NCBI GenBank assembly: GCA_964441745.1
Contig: CAYTYR010000002.1
Coordinates: 62,001 to 126,000, forward strand
Reading direction: 5' to 3'
Length of the DNA stretch: 64,000 nt
Source: an uncultured Clostridia bacterium
GTDB taxonomy: Bacteria > CAYTYR01 > UBA6262
Position 1 is the first letter of the stretch. The number at the start of each line of letters is the position of its first letter. The notes below the pieces were generated by a model. That model worked only from the letters and a program-made list of their open reading frames with translations. It did no database searches and was not told the origin of the DNA. Both the position numbers and the translations under genes were made by a program. Shown one piece after another: positions 63,599 through 64,000 of this stretch.

Positions 63599-64000
63599 AT
63601 GCTAAATATTATTGAAGAAATCAGAGAAAATATTCCTCAGGATATTCTAACAGATGATATCCTTATGAATCTTAGGGATGGAAGTCCGAATAAGCGTTAC
63701 GGAGTTGTTAAACGGGCGATTGCTAAAGGGGAGTTAGTCCATATTAAGCGGGGACTTTATCACTTGGCAAAAAAATATCAACGTAAAAGCCTTAATCTAT
63801 TTGAATTGGCACAATGGATTTATGGGCCTTCCTATATTAGTTTTGAATCAGCTCTTTCTTATCATGGCTGTATTCCTGAATCGGTTTATGCTGTGATTAG
63901 CGCCTGCTCTCGAAATGCCAAAGAGTTTCACACCCCAGCGGGTTATTTTATTTATAAACGGATTCCTTATCCCATGCTTTATCTGGGTGTTGAACGAGTA
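63599..64000 (+). CDS. AbiEi-family type IV antitoxin, 3' truncated by window edge (absent from ORF track)
   Basis: Hand translation MLNIIEEIRENIP...GELVHIKRGLY...IYGPSYISFESALSYHG.IPE; upstream palindrome ACTGTCG-CCAAA-CGACAGT. Confidence 0.8.
   Translation, partial: MLNIIEEIRENIPQDILTDDILMNLRDGSPNKRYGVVKRAIAKGELVHIKRGLYHLAKKYQRKSLNLFELAQWIYGPSYISFESALSYHGCIPESVYAVISACSRNAKEFHTPAGYFIYKRIPYPMLYLGVERV

Noticed and set aside
1-64000. rRNA, tRNA or IS transposase genes
   Set aside because: None recognised. The IVP-family genes are not within rRNA here.

Overview
Bacterial chromosomal window, almost entirely + strand, most likely from a diderm lineage outside Bacteroidota (inference only). Gene content in order: two O-antigen-ligase/TPR proteins; galT-glgA; DUF5693-csaB; ftsX-envC-ctpA-divergent polysaccharide deacetylase; tsaD; a membrane GAF/HD-GYP phosphodiesterase divergent from two tandem c-di-GMP-I riboswitches that control a subtilase operon; a LacI-controlled glycan utilisation locus (GH2, GH35/42-like, ABC transporter, DOMON-like and CBM proteins); T9SS-like CTD cargo proteins paired with PorV-family barrels; an AbiE toxin-antitoxin pair; nucleotide-sugar and Wza/Wzc polysaccharide genes (one with a mini-intein); and a terminal array of self-promoted ATPase/TA modules separated by a ~90 bp repeat. 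The most unusual signal is a repeat system built around four-helix-bundle (23S rRNA intervening-sequence protein / Avd-like) genes. Three intact genes each sit in the loop of an imperfect inverted-repeat hairpin with its own sequence family, and a fourth, truncated gene keeps only one arm. Gene-less copies of the same hairpins are scattered through the window: 11 intergenic copies of one ~100 bp family, and one copy of another family in frame inside a signal peptide. No transposase, integrase or reverse transcriptase is visible. All calls come from reading the sequence by eye, with no database searches.
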